64,000 nucleotides of DNA from Bdellovibrionales bacterium. GTDB lineage: Bacteria > Bdellovibrionota > Bdellovibrionia > Bdellovibrionales > UBA1609. The notes beneath the pieces are model-generated. The model ran no database searches. It was not told the origin of the DNA and was given only the letters and a program-made list of their open reading frames with translations. The translations under genes and the position numbers were made by a program. Position 1 is the first letter of the stretch, and each line of letters begins with the position of its first letter. This document shows, piece after piece, positions 18,014 to 26,875 of this stretch. The stretch covers positions 37,270-101,269 of the forward strand of contig JBFWVI010000002.1 in NCBI GenBank assembly GCA_050246815.1, in the 5' to 3' direction.

Positions 18014-18697
18014 CTAAAAAGGCCTCTGCAGGCCGCAGTAGGCGGTTTCAGACAATATTTTGGCCAGCCAGCGGTGATGCTTCAGGGCCGTGGTTTTCAG
18101 CGGTTGTTGCCAGCGAACAGTGGCGTAAACGGCTTCCACTTCGACTTGGCTTAGGCGGCAAAAACCTTCATCCGCAGTGGCAGGCAAAAGGTGTAAAAAA
18201 CGTTCGGTCTCAAGGCGATAGGTGTCGCTTAAGATTTTGCATTTCAAGGCAAATTGGCGAGGGGTCAAGGTGATACGTTTTTGTGGCTGGATGTTATAGG
18301 CCACACTCCACACAGGTCTTAGGCGGTGAAAGGCGCAATGGACTGCATAGCTGACGTCTTGATGATGGGGGTGTCCATATTCACCCAAAATGCCGTGGGT
18401 GAAAACCGTTCGCACTTGCGAACTTATTTTTTTTAGGCGCGCACTTAAGTCCTCAACTTCAAGGCGCTGCGAGTAGCGATCCGGATAGCCCCACTGTTCG
18501 ACTTGATTGATCTTGAGTGCTTTTGCCGCGGCCAGAAGTTCTTGATGGCGCTGTTGGCCTCGACCGTCGCCGTTACCGTCGGTGACGCAGATCAGGCGCC
18601 AAGGTTGGCGGCGCTCGCGTTGGATCAACCCGCCAAAGAAGATTGACTCGTCGTCGGGATGGGCCACCACAATCAAGTTGGGTTTCACTCGGGCCAT
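18014..18697 (-). CDS. PIG-L/LmbE-family deacetylase
   Basis: VAHPDDE, VTDG, R.QEL, GEYGHPHH. Confidence 0.9.
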   Translation of the reverse strand: MARVKPNLIVVAHPDDESIFFGGLIQRERRQPWRLICVTDGNGDGRGQQRHQELLAAAKALKINQVEQWGYPDRYSQRLEVEDLSARLKKISSQVRTVFTHGILGEYGHPHHQDVSYAVHCAFHRLRPVWSVAYNIQPQKRITLTPRQFALKCKILSDTYRLETERFLHLLPATADEGFCRLSQVEVEAVYATVRWQQPLKTTALKHHRWLAKILSETAYCGLQRPF

Positions 18698-18713
18698 AGA
18701 GTATTATCATTTC

Positions 18714-19331
18714 ATGGAACTGGTGGTTTGCAAAGACGTGGCAGAGGCCGCTCACTATGCCGATCGATGGGTCGAGCGGCAGGTCTTGACTGGACTCTTG
18801 CGTCGCCTTTACGTGCCAGCCGGCGCAACGCCCGAGGCCCTGTACGCCTTGTGGCGTGAGACCAAACCCGATTATCTGCAAGGACTTAAGTTCATTCAGA
18901 TCGATGACGTGTTGACTGGCCCGAAGGCGGGGTGCTTTCGTCAATTTTTTGAAAAGGAACTTGCGCCTTGGTTGCAACAAATGTCGTGGCTGAAAGACGG
19001 TGCCGAATTGGGCGATGCCGCGATTTTGGGATTGGGTCTGAACGGTCATGTGGCTTTTCATGAGCCAGGCCTTCCAAAATCATTTTTCAGCGGCTGCGTG
19101 TCACTCAGCCCGGTCACCTGTGAGCGTTTGCAATTGGCACCGGGCACATGGGGAGTGTCTTACGGCCTGGGGGCCTTTTTGCGTTGCCGCGAAATTCTGA
19201 TGCTCGCGACGGGCGCGTCAAAACGCGAGATCGTCCAACAGCTCCTGGAGCGGCGCGGGGAGTTTCCTGCTCTCGCACTGCGTGATCACGCGCATTTTAC
19301 GCTGGTGATCGATCAGGCGGCTCAAGGCTAG
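18714..19331 (+). CDS. Glucosamine-6-phosphate deaminase / 6PGL family protein (NagB-like)
   Basis: PAGATPEALY, QIDD, LGLGLNGHVAFHEPG, LATGASK. Confidence 0.75.
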   Translation: MELVVCKDVAEAAHYADRWVERQVLTGLLRRLYVPAGATPEALYALWRETKPDYLQGLKFIQIDDVLTGPKAGCFRQFFEKELAPWLQQMSWLKDGAELGDAAILGLGLNGHVAFHEPGLPKSFFSGCVSLSPVTCERLQLAPGTWGVSYGLGAFLRCREILMLATGASKREIVQQLLERRGEFPALALRDHAHFTLVIDQAAQG

Positions 19332-19396
19332 CGCAGGCGCGAGGCGTCACATGTTGGCGTCTTGCTCCCGCAAAAAGAAGCGGCTAGCCTTGGGAA

Positions 19397-20031
19397 ATGT
19401 TGAGGGGAATTGGCGCAACCTTCTCTTTTTTGTTTGCTTGGTCGGTTTGGGCGCAGTCTACGCCGCCTGACTTTGGTGACTTCACTCAGTTCAGTTTGAT
19501 CTTCGACGACCAGTACAACTATTCAGCGGTGAAGTTGCTGGGCGAAGATCCTTTGACGGCCTCAAGTTTTGAACGCGATCTTTCGCGCTACAGTGATTAC
19601 GATTCTTTTTTGACGTATCTACAAGGGCGCGCGCCCGAATTGTTCTGGCGCCCGGTGCTGCTGCATTCAAGCGGCAGTTTGCAACTTACTCCTGCGACAA
19701 ACTTAAGCAGCGGAGTCTGCAAGAGCTGTCCGCCACCCGGGTCGCGTGGTCACCGGAGGCTCGGCCCATCAGCGCGCGCAATAGCTCTGTGGGGCTGGCC
19801 CCCATCGCTCGTTGCGTGAAGTGCCATGCCATTCCAGAAGATGGCACTGTGGCGCCGTATATCCCCTTTGAGAACACCATGCTGCTTCGTCAGTGGTTAC
19901 GCCAGGGTGACAATCACGAGACCTTGCAGTTGATGGTCCGCGACGGCAAAATGCCCAGGGGCGGTCGGCTCAGCGAGATTGAAAAAGCATCGCTGCTCGA
20001 AGTGATGCAATTGCTAAAGGGCTCGCTCTAG
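19397..20031 (+). pseudogene. Disrupted secreted c-type cytochrome protein (frame break near 19683)
   Basis: Signal-peptide ORF reads plausibly to LHSSGSLQ; another frame continues YSCDKLKQRSLQEL...ARCVKCH...APYIPF...MP. Confidence 0.6.
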
Positions 20032-20045
20032 GCTAAATCTGGGCG

Positions 20046-20465
20046 ATGAAGAAAGCGCAAAAAAAATGGTGGAGCGAAGGTGTTCAGTTCGAGTGCCAGG
20101 GGTCGGGCAAGTGTTGCACGTCTCATGGTGAGTTCGGTTTTGTCTTTTTGACCCTAAAAGACCGGCGTCGTTTTGCGAAACACTTTAAGATGACCACGGC
20201 GGCCTTCACTACTCAGTACTGTGATCGACAGGGCGAGCACTTTCATTTGAAAGAAGACCCTAAAAATCCTGACTGCATGTTTTTAAAGGCCAAACGCTGC
20301 TCGGTCTATGAGGCGCGTCCCACCCAATGTCGCACGTGGCCCTTTTGGCCTGAAGTGATGTCGGCCAAGGCATGGAAGAAAGATGTGGCGGCATTTTGTC
20401 CGGGAGTGGGCAAGGGACCGGTCGTTCCAGCGTCTAAAATCAGAGAGGCGTTGAAGGCCAAGTAG
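20046..20465 (+). CDS. YkgJ-family Cys-cluster (Zn/Fe-chelating) protein
   Basis: FECQGSGKCC, CMFL...RCSVYEARPTQCRTWPFW, CPG. Confidence 0.9.
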   Translation: MKKAQKKWWSEGVQFECQGSGKCCTSHGEFGFVFLTLKDRRRFAKHFKMTTAAFTTQYCDRQGEHFHLKEDPKNPDCMFLKAKRCSVYEARPTQCRTWPFWPEVMSAKAWKKDVAAFCPGVGKGPVVPASKIREALKAK

Positions 20466-20492
20466 CGGCTTCTTTTTGCAGGAGCAGCTGCT

Positions 20493-20525
20493 AAAAAAAG
20501 AGCCAAGGTTTCGGCCTTGGCTCTT
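20493..20525 (-). terminator. Intrinsic terminator of the RRM gene
   Basis: AAGAGCCAAGG-tttcgg-CCTTGGCTCTT, with a U-tract on the minus strand. Confidence 0.85.
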
Positions 20526-20551
20526 ACAAATCTCAATATTTCTAGATCGAT

Positions 20552-20881
20552 TTAGTAGCGAGGACCACGGGGGCCACCGCTGCGGGGACCGCCACGGAAA
20601 CCACCGCCGCCACCACCACCGCCAGTGCGGGGTTGTTGCGGACGAGCTTCGGAAACTGTGATTTGACGGCCGCTCAATTGCGATCCGTTCAGTTTCTCGA
20701 TGGCTTGGTTAGCTTCGTCATCCGAAGCCATCTCGACAAAGCCGAAGCCTTTCGAGCGACCGGTTTCGCGATCAGTGATCACGCGAGCCGATTCAACTTG
20801 GCCAAATTGGTTGAACGCGCTTTCTAATTCAGCGTCGTCAGTTGAGTAGGGCAAATTGCCTACGTAGATTTTCTTTCCCAT
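20552..20881 (-). CDS. RRM RNA-binding protein with Gly-rich tail
   Basis: RNP2 IYVGNL, RNP1 KGFGFVEM; GGAGG RBS. Confidence 0.96.
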   Translation of the reverse strand: MGKKIYVGNLPYSTDDAELESAFNQFGQVESARVITDRETGRSKGFGFVEMASDDEANQAIEKLNGSQLSGRQITVSEARPQQPRTGGGGGGGGFRGGPRSGGPRGPRY

Positions 20882-21152
20882 GGAACCTCCTACAGTTTAT
20901 GGGGCCACTGACAAGAGGGACCGGGTCAAAAACAAAACCGGGAACTCTGGTGGCGGTACTTGTTCTTAACCTATCATAAACGTTCCTAAACGCAAGGCGT
21001 AAATCGACTGCTAGAGCGGTTGTCAGGGCGTTAGGCTCGCTTTTTTATGGCGTCGAATATGAAAGATTTGGGAACGTTTTTACGCTATTTGCCACAGGTC
21101 TTTTGTTGATCTGTGGCAACAATTAAACAATTTCTTAAGCAGTCTGGCGTCA

Positions 21153-21971
21153 CTAAAGAGCAAATAGATCTAGGCAAAAGCTGAAAATTTCTTCTTCCTT
21201 CGAGTCGTTGATCAGGGGGGTGACCTGCGCAATGAAATCCACCACCATTCTCCTTAGCTTTTTAGCATCCGCGCGCGAGATGGTGATCGCCGAGGAGTAA
21301 TGCAAGTCTTGATCGGTGATGGCGGTTAAAGCGCTCAAAGTGCGAACCCGCCAATTGGAGTGATGTTGACTGATTAAATCCGAGTCGTTGCCTAAATAAA
21401 TTTTCTTGGTTCCAGCTTTAAAGCGAGAACCCTGTTGGGTGACAAGGCCAATGTCCGCAAGGTGGTGCAGCACTTGGTGAACGCGAGATTCTGATAACTG
21501 CAAGCGTTTGGCAATTTCTTGAGGTTGCTGGTAGTCCATGATGGTCACGATGACATGGACGGCGGCGTACTCCCAGCTGCTGTAATAGCGAACCTTGTCC
21601 TCCAGGCTCAATTTGTCGCGGGTTTTAAGGCGGGTGCGCAGGGTTTGATGGTGCTCGGAAAGTGTGTCGAGCTGCTGTTTGAAAAATGCCCTCAGGCTTG
21701 GCGTGCCGGCGCGTTCAAATTGGACTAGGCCAAGAAAGTACCGTTGCTCTTCCTCGCCCAGGGCCAATAGTTGGCCAATGCCCATGGCCTGCTCCAGACT
21801 CAAGTGGGCGTCGCCGTTCAAGACATGGCTGATAAAAGGGGTGTTGCATTGGGCCGCCGCCGCCAGGCGCGAGCGAAAGCCCTTTTGAACCAGCAGTTTT
21901 TTTTGTTCCACAGAGCTGAGATAATCCTTGTAGCTGCGGTGAAGGAACAGAAGATCCGAGATTTCTGACAT
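21153..21971 (-). CDS. TIGR02147/DUF4423 family HTH protein
   Basis: YKDYL, LAAAAQC...FISHVLNG..HLSLEQA, YYSSWEY.AVH, HSNWR. Confidence 0.85.
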   Translation of the reverse strand: MSEISDLLFLHRSYKDYLSSVEQKKLLVQKGFRSRLAAAAQCNTPFISHVLNGDAHLSLEQAMGIGQLLALGEEEQRYFLGLVQFERAGTPSLRAFFKQQLDTLSEHHQTLRTRLKTRDKLSLEDKVRYYSSWEYAAVHVIVTIMDYQQPQEIAKRLQLSESRVHQVLHHLADIGLVTQQGSRFKAGTKKIYLGNDSDLISQHHSNWRVRTLSALTAITDQDLHYSSAITISRADAKKLRRMVVDFIAQVTPLINDSKEEEIFSFCLDLFAL

Positions 21972-22059
21972 TCTTTTATTTTACTAATACTAAATATTAT
22001 TAGTAATTTTTTAGTAAATTAACGTATTGCATTATTAGCGTTTGAGCTACCTTAACGCC

Positions 22060-22075
22060 GGGCACAATAATTGAA
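22060..22075 (+). promoter_or_regulatory. Variant sigma54 promoter (GG-N10-GA)
   Basis: GGGCAC-AATAA-TTGAA, same variant as at 8151. Confidence 0.45.
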
Positions 22076-22118
22076 CATTGGGAGTCCGCCCAAGCTCCCG
22101 GAGAAGGTAGTTAAGTTT

Positions 22119-24071
22119 ATGAAAACACTAATTAAAAAAATTACGCTCTTGAGCGTTTTGGCGACAGTTTCAAGCTCTTTATGGGCGGCCCCCAGTCGTG
22201 GCGGCAATAGTGCGGGCGGCGGCGGCAGCAATGTCGTGGATCAGGGGAGCATGACCGCTGTCGGCATTGGCAGGTTTTTGGAAAAGTCAGCCGGGCCTGG
22301 CCCGGCCGAACAACTAAAACGTCTGATCGAGGACGATAAAGTCATCGTTCAAGAAGTTTGTCCCAAAGATGCTACTTGGGCTTTAGTGAGTCTGCCGGAA
22401 TCCCTGAAATCCTATTTTCAGATTCAGGTGGAGCCCAAACAAGGCAGATGGGCAAAAATTATTGGCCGTTCCAAAGCCGCGATCGAGCCACTTTCAATAA
22501 AGACTATTTGTGAATCTGCAGAAACCTATGCGTCTTATGCCAGCCTGGTGATGGCTCTGGTTGACATCGCGGGTCGCGAAAATCATGACGGCTCAAGTGC
22601 GGCTTTGATTCAGAGTACCTTTGAAGTGGGTGGCCCGATTAAATTGGTTGTGACCGCCAATCGCAAAACCATTCCGGCTGTGGGTGGCCAGTTGGAAGAA
22701 TCCGCTTGGTATGAACAAGAGACCGACCAAGTGTATTTCGGAGCGCAAGACGTCTGTAAGGGCTTGAGTTGTTTCGGCGCGCGTGCCGATGGCAGCATTT
22801 TGACCCACGAAGTGGCGCACTCATTTTTACGTCGCGTTTTGGGCGATGCTTATCCCAAGGCACAACATTGGCACGATGCAAGCCATTTGGGAAAGATGGA
22901 TGAAGACGAGGGATACAACAAGTTGCTGAACTCGGAAACTTCGCCGGAAGTGGCTTTTATCGAGGCTATCGCCAACGTCATGGAAAAGCGGCACTACGGC
23001 CAAAACCATCCCTTCATCTTGCGTGACATTTCGCTATTTCGCTTGAATGAACAGGCTTGCTACCAACCGCCTCAGTTAGGCATCGACAAAGTTTTCGCGC
23101 GTGCTCCTTTTGCGGCCCCTGTGGCCAGTGAAGTCTATGTGGGTTCGGTCTTGGATGTTTTTCTAAGCGGTTGGCGCGCTAACGAATTGTCTGAAAAAGG
23201 CCAGTTGCAGAGCGATTCGGGATATGTGGTGTCCACGCTCAACTACGCGCGCCAACGCCAGCTGATCGCCGCAATCATGCGCCACCGTCCGACCGATATC
23301 GAAAGTCTGGCTATTGCCTTTGACCGTGTGTCGGGCGGTGATTTGGGTTGGCGCATGTTGCGCGAATATTTTTTCGTCGACTACAAATCTTCTGAGCGCT
23401 TAGGTTCAAACTTTATTGCGAGTCGCAATAGCAGCCGGGTTCGGATCGGCATGGCCGACACAGAAGGTTATTACTGTGGAACACAAGAAGATTATGACAA
23501 GAGTTTAAGCGCGGTTTTGGCGAAAGAAAACGAGACGGTCGTTGCTGAAGCCAAAAAACTTCACGCCAGTCGCGTCAGTAGCGAAAGTTTAAGTCGCGAC
23601 ATGTTCGCAAGTGTCGACAAAGCTCGTGAAACTTTTCTGCAAATCCGCTTTAAGGTTATGCTTCCCGAAGAGGTCATGGCCGAGCTTCAGCGCTTAGCCG
23701 GTCGGGGTTCCTTTTGTTCTTCACTTGCGATGCATGAGCAGATAACCACAAAAGTCTATCGCCAGATCGAAGGCCGCGGGCGCATTGTGCCTTTGTCGTC
23801 GATTCTGAATATTCTGGCGCAGAAGTGCACGCCAGGTGCTGCCTATTTTGAAGTGAATTCAGACGGTGACCTGCAAATGCAAATGAATCAGATGCAGGCC
23901 CTATTGAATCAAATACCACAAATGGCGTTGCAAAAAACCAGTGCCGGAACCGAGCTGCACGAGCAGCGTGTGCAGCAGTGGATGAAGATGAAGGCACAAC
24001 TCGAGCGGACAATGAGAAACATCGTCGACATCACGATGACCGCGGCCGCATCAAAGCAAATCGTGAATTAA
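22119..24071 (+). CDS. Large secreted protein with HExxH metallopeptidase motif
   Basis: Signal peptide MKTLIKK...LWA, GGNSAGGGG motif, ILTHEVAH, AFIEAIAN. Confidence 0.7.
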   Translation: MKTLIKKITLLSVLATVSSSLWAAPSRGGNSAGGGGSNVVDQGSMTAVGIGRFLEKSAGPGPAEQLKRLIEDDKVIVQEVCPKDATWALVSLPESLKSYFQIQVEPKQGRWAKIIGRSKAAIEPLSIKTICESAETYASYASLVMALVDIAGRENHDGSSAALIQSTFEVGGPIKLVVTANRKTIPAVGGQLEESAWYEQETDQVYFGAQDVCKGLSCFGARADGSILTHEVAHSFLRRVLGDAYPKAQHWHDASHLGKMDEDEGYNKLLNSETSPEVAFIEAIANVMEKRHYGQNHPFILRDISLFRLNEQACYQPPQLGIDKVFARAPFAAPVASEVYVGSVLDVFLSGWRANELSEKGQLQSDSGYVVSTLNYARQRQLIAAIMRHRPTDIESLAIAFDRVSGGDLGWRMLREYFFVDYKSSERLGSNFIASRNSSRVRIGMADTEGYYCGTQEDYDKSLSAVLAKENETVVAEAKKLHASRVSSESLSRDMFASVDKARETFLQIRFKVMLPEEVMAELQRLAGRGSFCSSLAMHEQITTKVYRQIEGRGRIVPLSSILNILAQKCTPGAAYFEVNSDGDLQMQMNQMQALLNQIPQMALQKTSAGTELHEQRVQQWMKMKAQLERTMRNIVDITMTAAASKQIVN

Positions 24072-24094
24072 CGGGATTGACGCAAAGCTAAACC

Positions 24095-24115
24095 AAAAGG
24101 TGCCAGGCACCTTTT
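24095..24115. repeat. Perfect 21-bp palindrome, REP-like
   Basis: AAAAGGTGCC-A-GGCACCTTTT between convergent genes. Confidence 0.7.
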
Positions 24116-26001
24116 TATTCGTCGTCGATGCGGCGGATGATGGAGCGTTGGTTGGTGGCCAGGACTTTTTTGCGCAGGCGGATGGTCTTTGGGGTTACTT
24201 CGATCCACTCATCGTCGTCGATCCACTCGATACAGCGCTCTAATGTCATCTCGCGGATGCCCTTCAAAGCTTCGTAGTGGTCCGAGCCGGCGGCGCGGAC
24301 GTTGGTCAGCTTTTTCTCGCGGCAGGCGTTTACGTTCATGTCGTTGTTGCGGGTGTTTTCGCCGATGATCATGCCCTCATAAACCTTGTCGCCGGGGCGG
24401 ATAAACATCACACCGCGGTCATCTAGGTTCAAAAGCGCGTATTCGATGGCCACGCCGCTGCGATCTGAAATCAAAGCGCCATTTAAGCGATGAAGCATAT
24501 CGCCCTTCCAAGGCGCATATTCGACCAAACGTGAACTGAACAGGCCTTCGCCGCGCGAAGCGGTCATGTACTTGGTGCGCATGCCCAACAGGCCCCGGGT
24601 GGGGATGTCGAATTCCAAACGCACGCGGTTTTGGGTGCCGCTTGGACCGGATTGGGTGCCACTGGTTTCGTAAGAGGCCAAAATGCCTTTTCGCTCTTGG
24701 AACATACGGGTGACTTCGCTGGCGTAATCTTCGGGCAAATCCAAAGTGGCGCGTTCGATCGGTTCGGTTTTTTGTCCCGATTCATCCTTGCTGGTCAACA
24801 CCAACGGGCGACCTACCATCAGTTCCATGCCTTCGCGGCGCATTTGTTCGATCATGATAGCGAATTGCAATTCGCCCCGGCCCAACATGCGAAATTGATC
24901 GGGCAGTTCGGTTTCTTCAAAGCGAACCGCCACGTTCATGCGGGCTTCGCGCAGCAGTCGATCGCGCAGTTTTCGCGACTGAACGGCTTCGCCCTCTTGC
25001 CCCGAAAAGGGCGAGGTGTTCACCGAAAAAATCATGGCCAAAGTAGGCTTTTCAACGTCAATACGAGGCAAAGAGGGAACCGCGTCCGAGCCAGCAATGG
25101 TATCACCGATCTGAAATTCATCGGTGCCGGCCAAAACGCCCACGTCACCGGCCACCAGCTCTTTGGTTTCGACTTGCTGCATGCCTTGGTAAGTGAACAT
25201 TTTAAGCGCGCTGAAGCTTTCATTGATCGGCTCGCCATTGGCTTTCACGCTTCGGCGCTGCAGCTTTTGGTTGGGCGAAGCCGTGCCCGAACGCACACGG
25301 CCAATCGCCAAGCGACCCACGAAGTCCGACCAGCCTAAGTTGGCCACGGACATTTGAAAGCCGCCAGCGTCTTCGATTTTGGGTGGGGAGATATTTTCTT
25401 TGATCAATTTGAACAAGGGCTCAAGCGAGCCTTTTTTCTTGCCGCTGATCAAGTCCGGAATTTCATCAAAGTCCGTGGTGCACCAGCCCTGGCGGGCGCA
25501 GGCGTAGACGATGGCGAAGTCGGCTTGCTCTTCACTGGCGCCAAGATCGATGAACAAATCAAAGGCGTGGTTGACCACCTCTTTGATGCGGCCGCCACCC
25601 ACGCATTCGGGGCGATCCACTTTGTTTACGCACAAGATCACCTTGTGGCCTTTTTGCAGGGACTTTTGCAAGACGAAACGGGTTTGCGGCAGCGGGCCTT
25701 CGGCCGCGTCCACCAACAGCACCGAGCCATCGACCATGCCTAAGATCCGTTCGACTTCTCCGCCGAAATCCGAGTGCCCCGGGGTATCGACGATGTTGAT
25801 CTTGGTGTCGCCGTATTTGATCGAGCAGTTTTTGGCTTGAATGGTGATGCCACGCTCGCGTTCAAGGTCCATCGAGTCCATCACGCGGTCACTTAAGACC
25901 TCGCGTTCGCCGAAGGTGTTGCTTTGACGTAAAAGGTGATCGACCAGCGTGGTTTTACCGTGATCGACGTGCGCGATAATACAGACGTTTCTTAAATTCA
26001 T
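24115..26001 (-). CDS. typA: Translational GTPase TypA/BipA
   Basis: IAHVDHGKTT, ERERGITI, DTPGHSDFGGEVER, GRGELQ, KKLTNVRAAG, EVTPKTIRLRK. Confidence 0.97.
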   Translation of the reverse strand: MNLRNVCIIAHVDHGKTTLVDHLLRQSNTFGEREVLSDRVMDSMDLERERGITIQAKNCSIKYGDTKINIVDTPGHSDFGGEVERILGMVDGSVLLVDAAEGPLPQTRFVLQKSLQKGHKVILCVNKVDRPECVGGGRIKEVVNHAFDLFIDLGASEEQADFAIVYACARQGWCTTDFDEIPDLISGKKKGSLEPLFKLIKENISPPKIEDAGGFQMSVANLGWSDFVGRLAIGRVRSGTASPNQKLQRRSVKANGEPINESFSALKMFTYQGMQQVETKELVAGDVGVLAGTDEFQIGDTIAGSDAVPSLPRIDVEKPTLAMIFSVNTSPFSGQEGEAVQSRKLRDRLLREARMNVAVRFEETELPDQFRMLGRGELQFAIMIEQMRREGMELMVGRPLVLTSKDESGQKTEPIERATLDLPEDYASEVTRMFQERKGILASYETSGTQSGPSGTQNRVRLEFDIPTRGLLGMRTKYMTASRGEGLFSSRLVEYAPWKGDMLHRLNGALISDRSGVAIEYALLNLDDRGVMFIRPGDKVYEGMIIGENTRNNDMNVNACREKKLTNVRAAGSDHYEALKGIREMTLERCIEWIDDDEWIEVTPKTIRLRKKVLATNQRSIIRRIDDE

Positions 26002-26122
26002 GGCTCTTTGGACCGCTTGTTAAGGGGAGGGGCCACCTTAAGGGGAAAAGAGCCCTGCGTCAATAAGCAGATCCCCGGCTTTTCAGTTGGCCGAAAGCCC
26101 TTCCAGGCTTAAAAATGGGCCT

Positions 26123-26875
26123 ATGATCTTTGGGAACGAATCCATTTCCCAATACTCCCGCAGCAATTTGGCCATTTGGATGGCTCTGGCTTTTCAGGCG
26201 GGGTTATTGAATATCGGCGGCTTTATGGCCTGCCACCGCTTCGTCTCGCACGTGACCGGCTTTGCCACATTTTTTGGGCTCGAGGCCAGCCTGGCCAATA
26301 AAAACCAGGCGGCCGGGATGTTGGCGGTGCCCCTGTTTTTCTTGTTCGGCGCTATGATCAGCGGTCAGTTGGTCGACATTCGTTTGAAGCTGCACAAAAA
26401 ACCAAAATACTACCTGACCTTCGGTTTGATTTTTTTTCTTGTGTTGATCGTTTTGATCGGTGGTTGGCTGGGCTATTTTGGCCAGTTTGGCGAGGCTGCC
26501 GAGTTCACCCGCGACTATGTGTTGCTGGCGTTGCTGTGCCTGATTTGTGGGATACAAAACGGCACGGTCACTTCAGTGTCGCGGTCGGTGGTGCGCACCA
26601 CGCACTTAACCGGGATCACCACGGATCTGGGAATTGGCCTGATGCGACTTTGGAATAAAAACAAACTGGGGGATCAAGTTCAAGACGACAGCCGCGCCAA
26701 CTGGATGCGGATCGGGATTTTGCTGTCGTTTGGATTTGGTTCGGTTGCCGGTGGTTTTATTTTTCGCTGGTTTGAATACGGCGGTTTTCTTGTGCCGGCC
26801 CTAACCTCGGGGCTTTTGTTCGGCATGATGTACTACTTCCAGGTTTACAAAGAAAAATTAGAGCGCAAAATTTAA
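26123..26875 (+). CDS. YoaK/DUF1275 family membrane protein
   Basis: FVSHVTG, GIQN, VRTTHLTGITTDLG. Confidence 0.9.
   Translation: MIFGNESISQYSRSNLAIWMALAFQAGLLNIGGFMACHRFVSHVTGFATFFGLEASLANKNQAAGMLAVPLFFLFGAMISGQLVDIRLKLHKKPKYYLTFGLIFFLVLIVLIGGWLGYFGQFGEAAEFTRDYVLLALLCLICGIQNGTVTSVSRSVVRTTHLTGITTDLGIGLMRLWNKNKLGDQVQDDSRANWMRIGILLSFGFGSVAGGFIFRWFEYGGFLVPALTSGLLFGMMYYFQVYKEKLERKI

Noticed and set aside
21089..21119. Hairpin TTGCCACAG...CTGTGGCAA downstream of the TIGR02147 gene
   Set aside because: No U-tract on the relevant strand and only one copy; function cannot be supported
24072..24094. GACGCAAAGC resembling part of a c-di-GMP-I riboswitch
   Set aside because: No upstream GGCAAAC/GAAA stem, and it lies between convergent stop codons
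24631..25840. Long antisense ORFs over typA and many other genes
   Set aside because: Shadow ORFs of well-supported genes with no recognisable motifs
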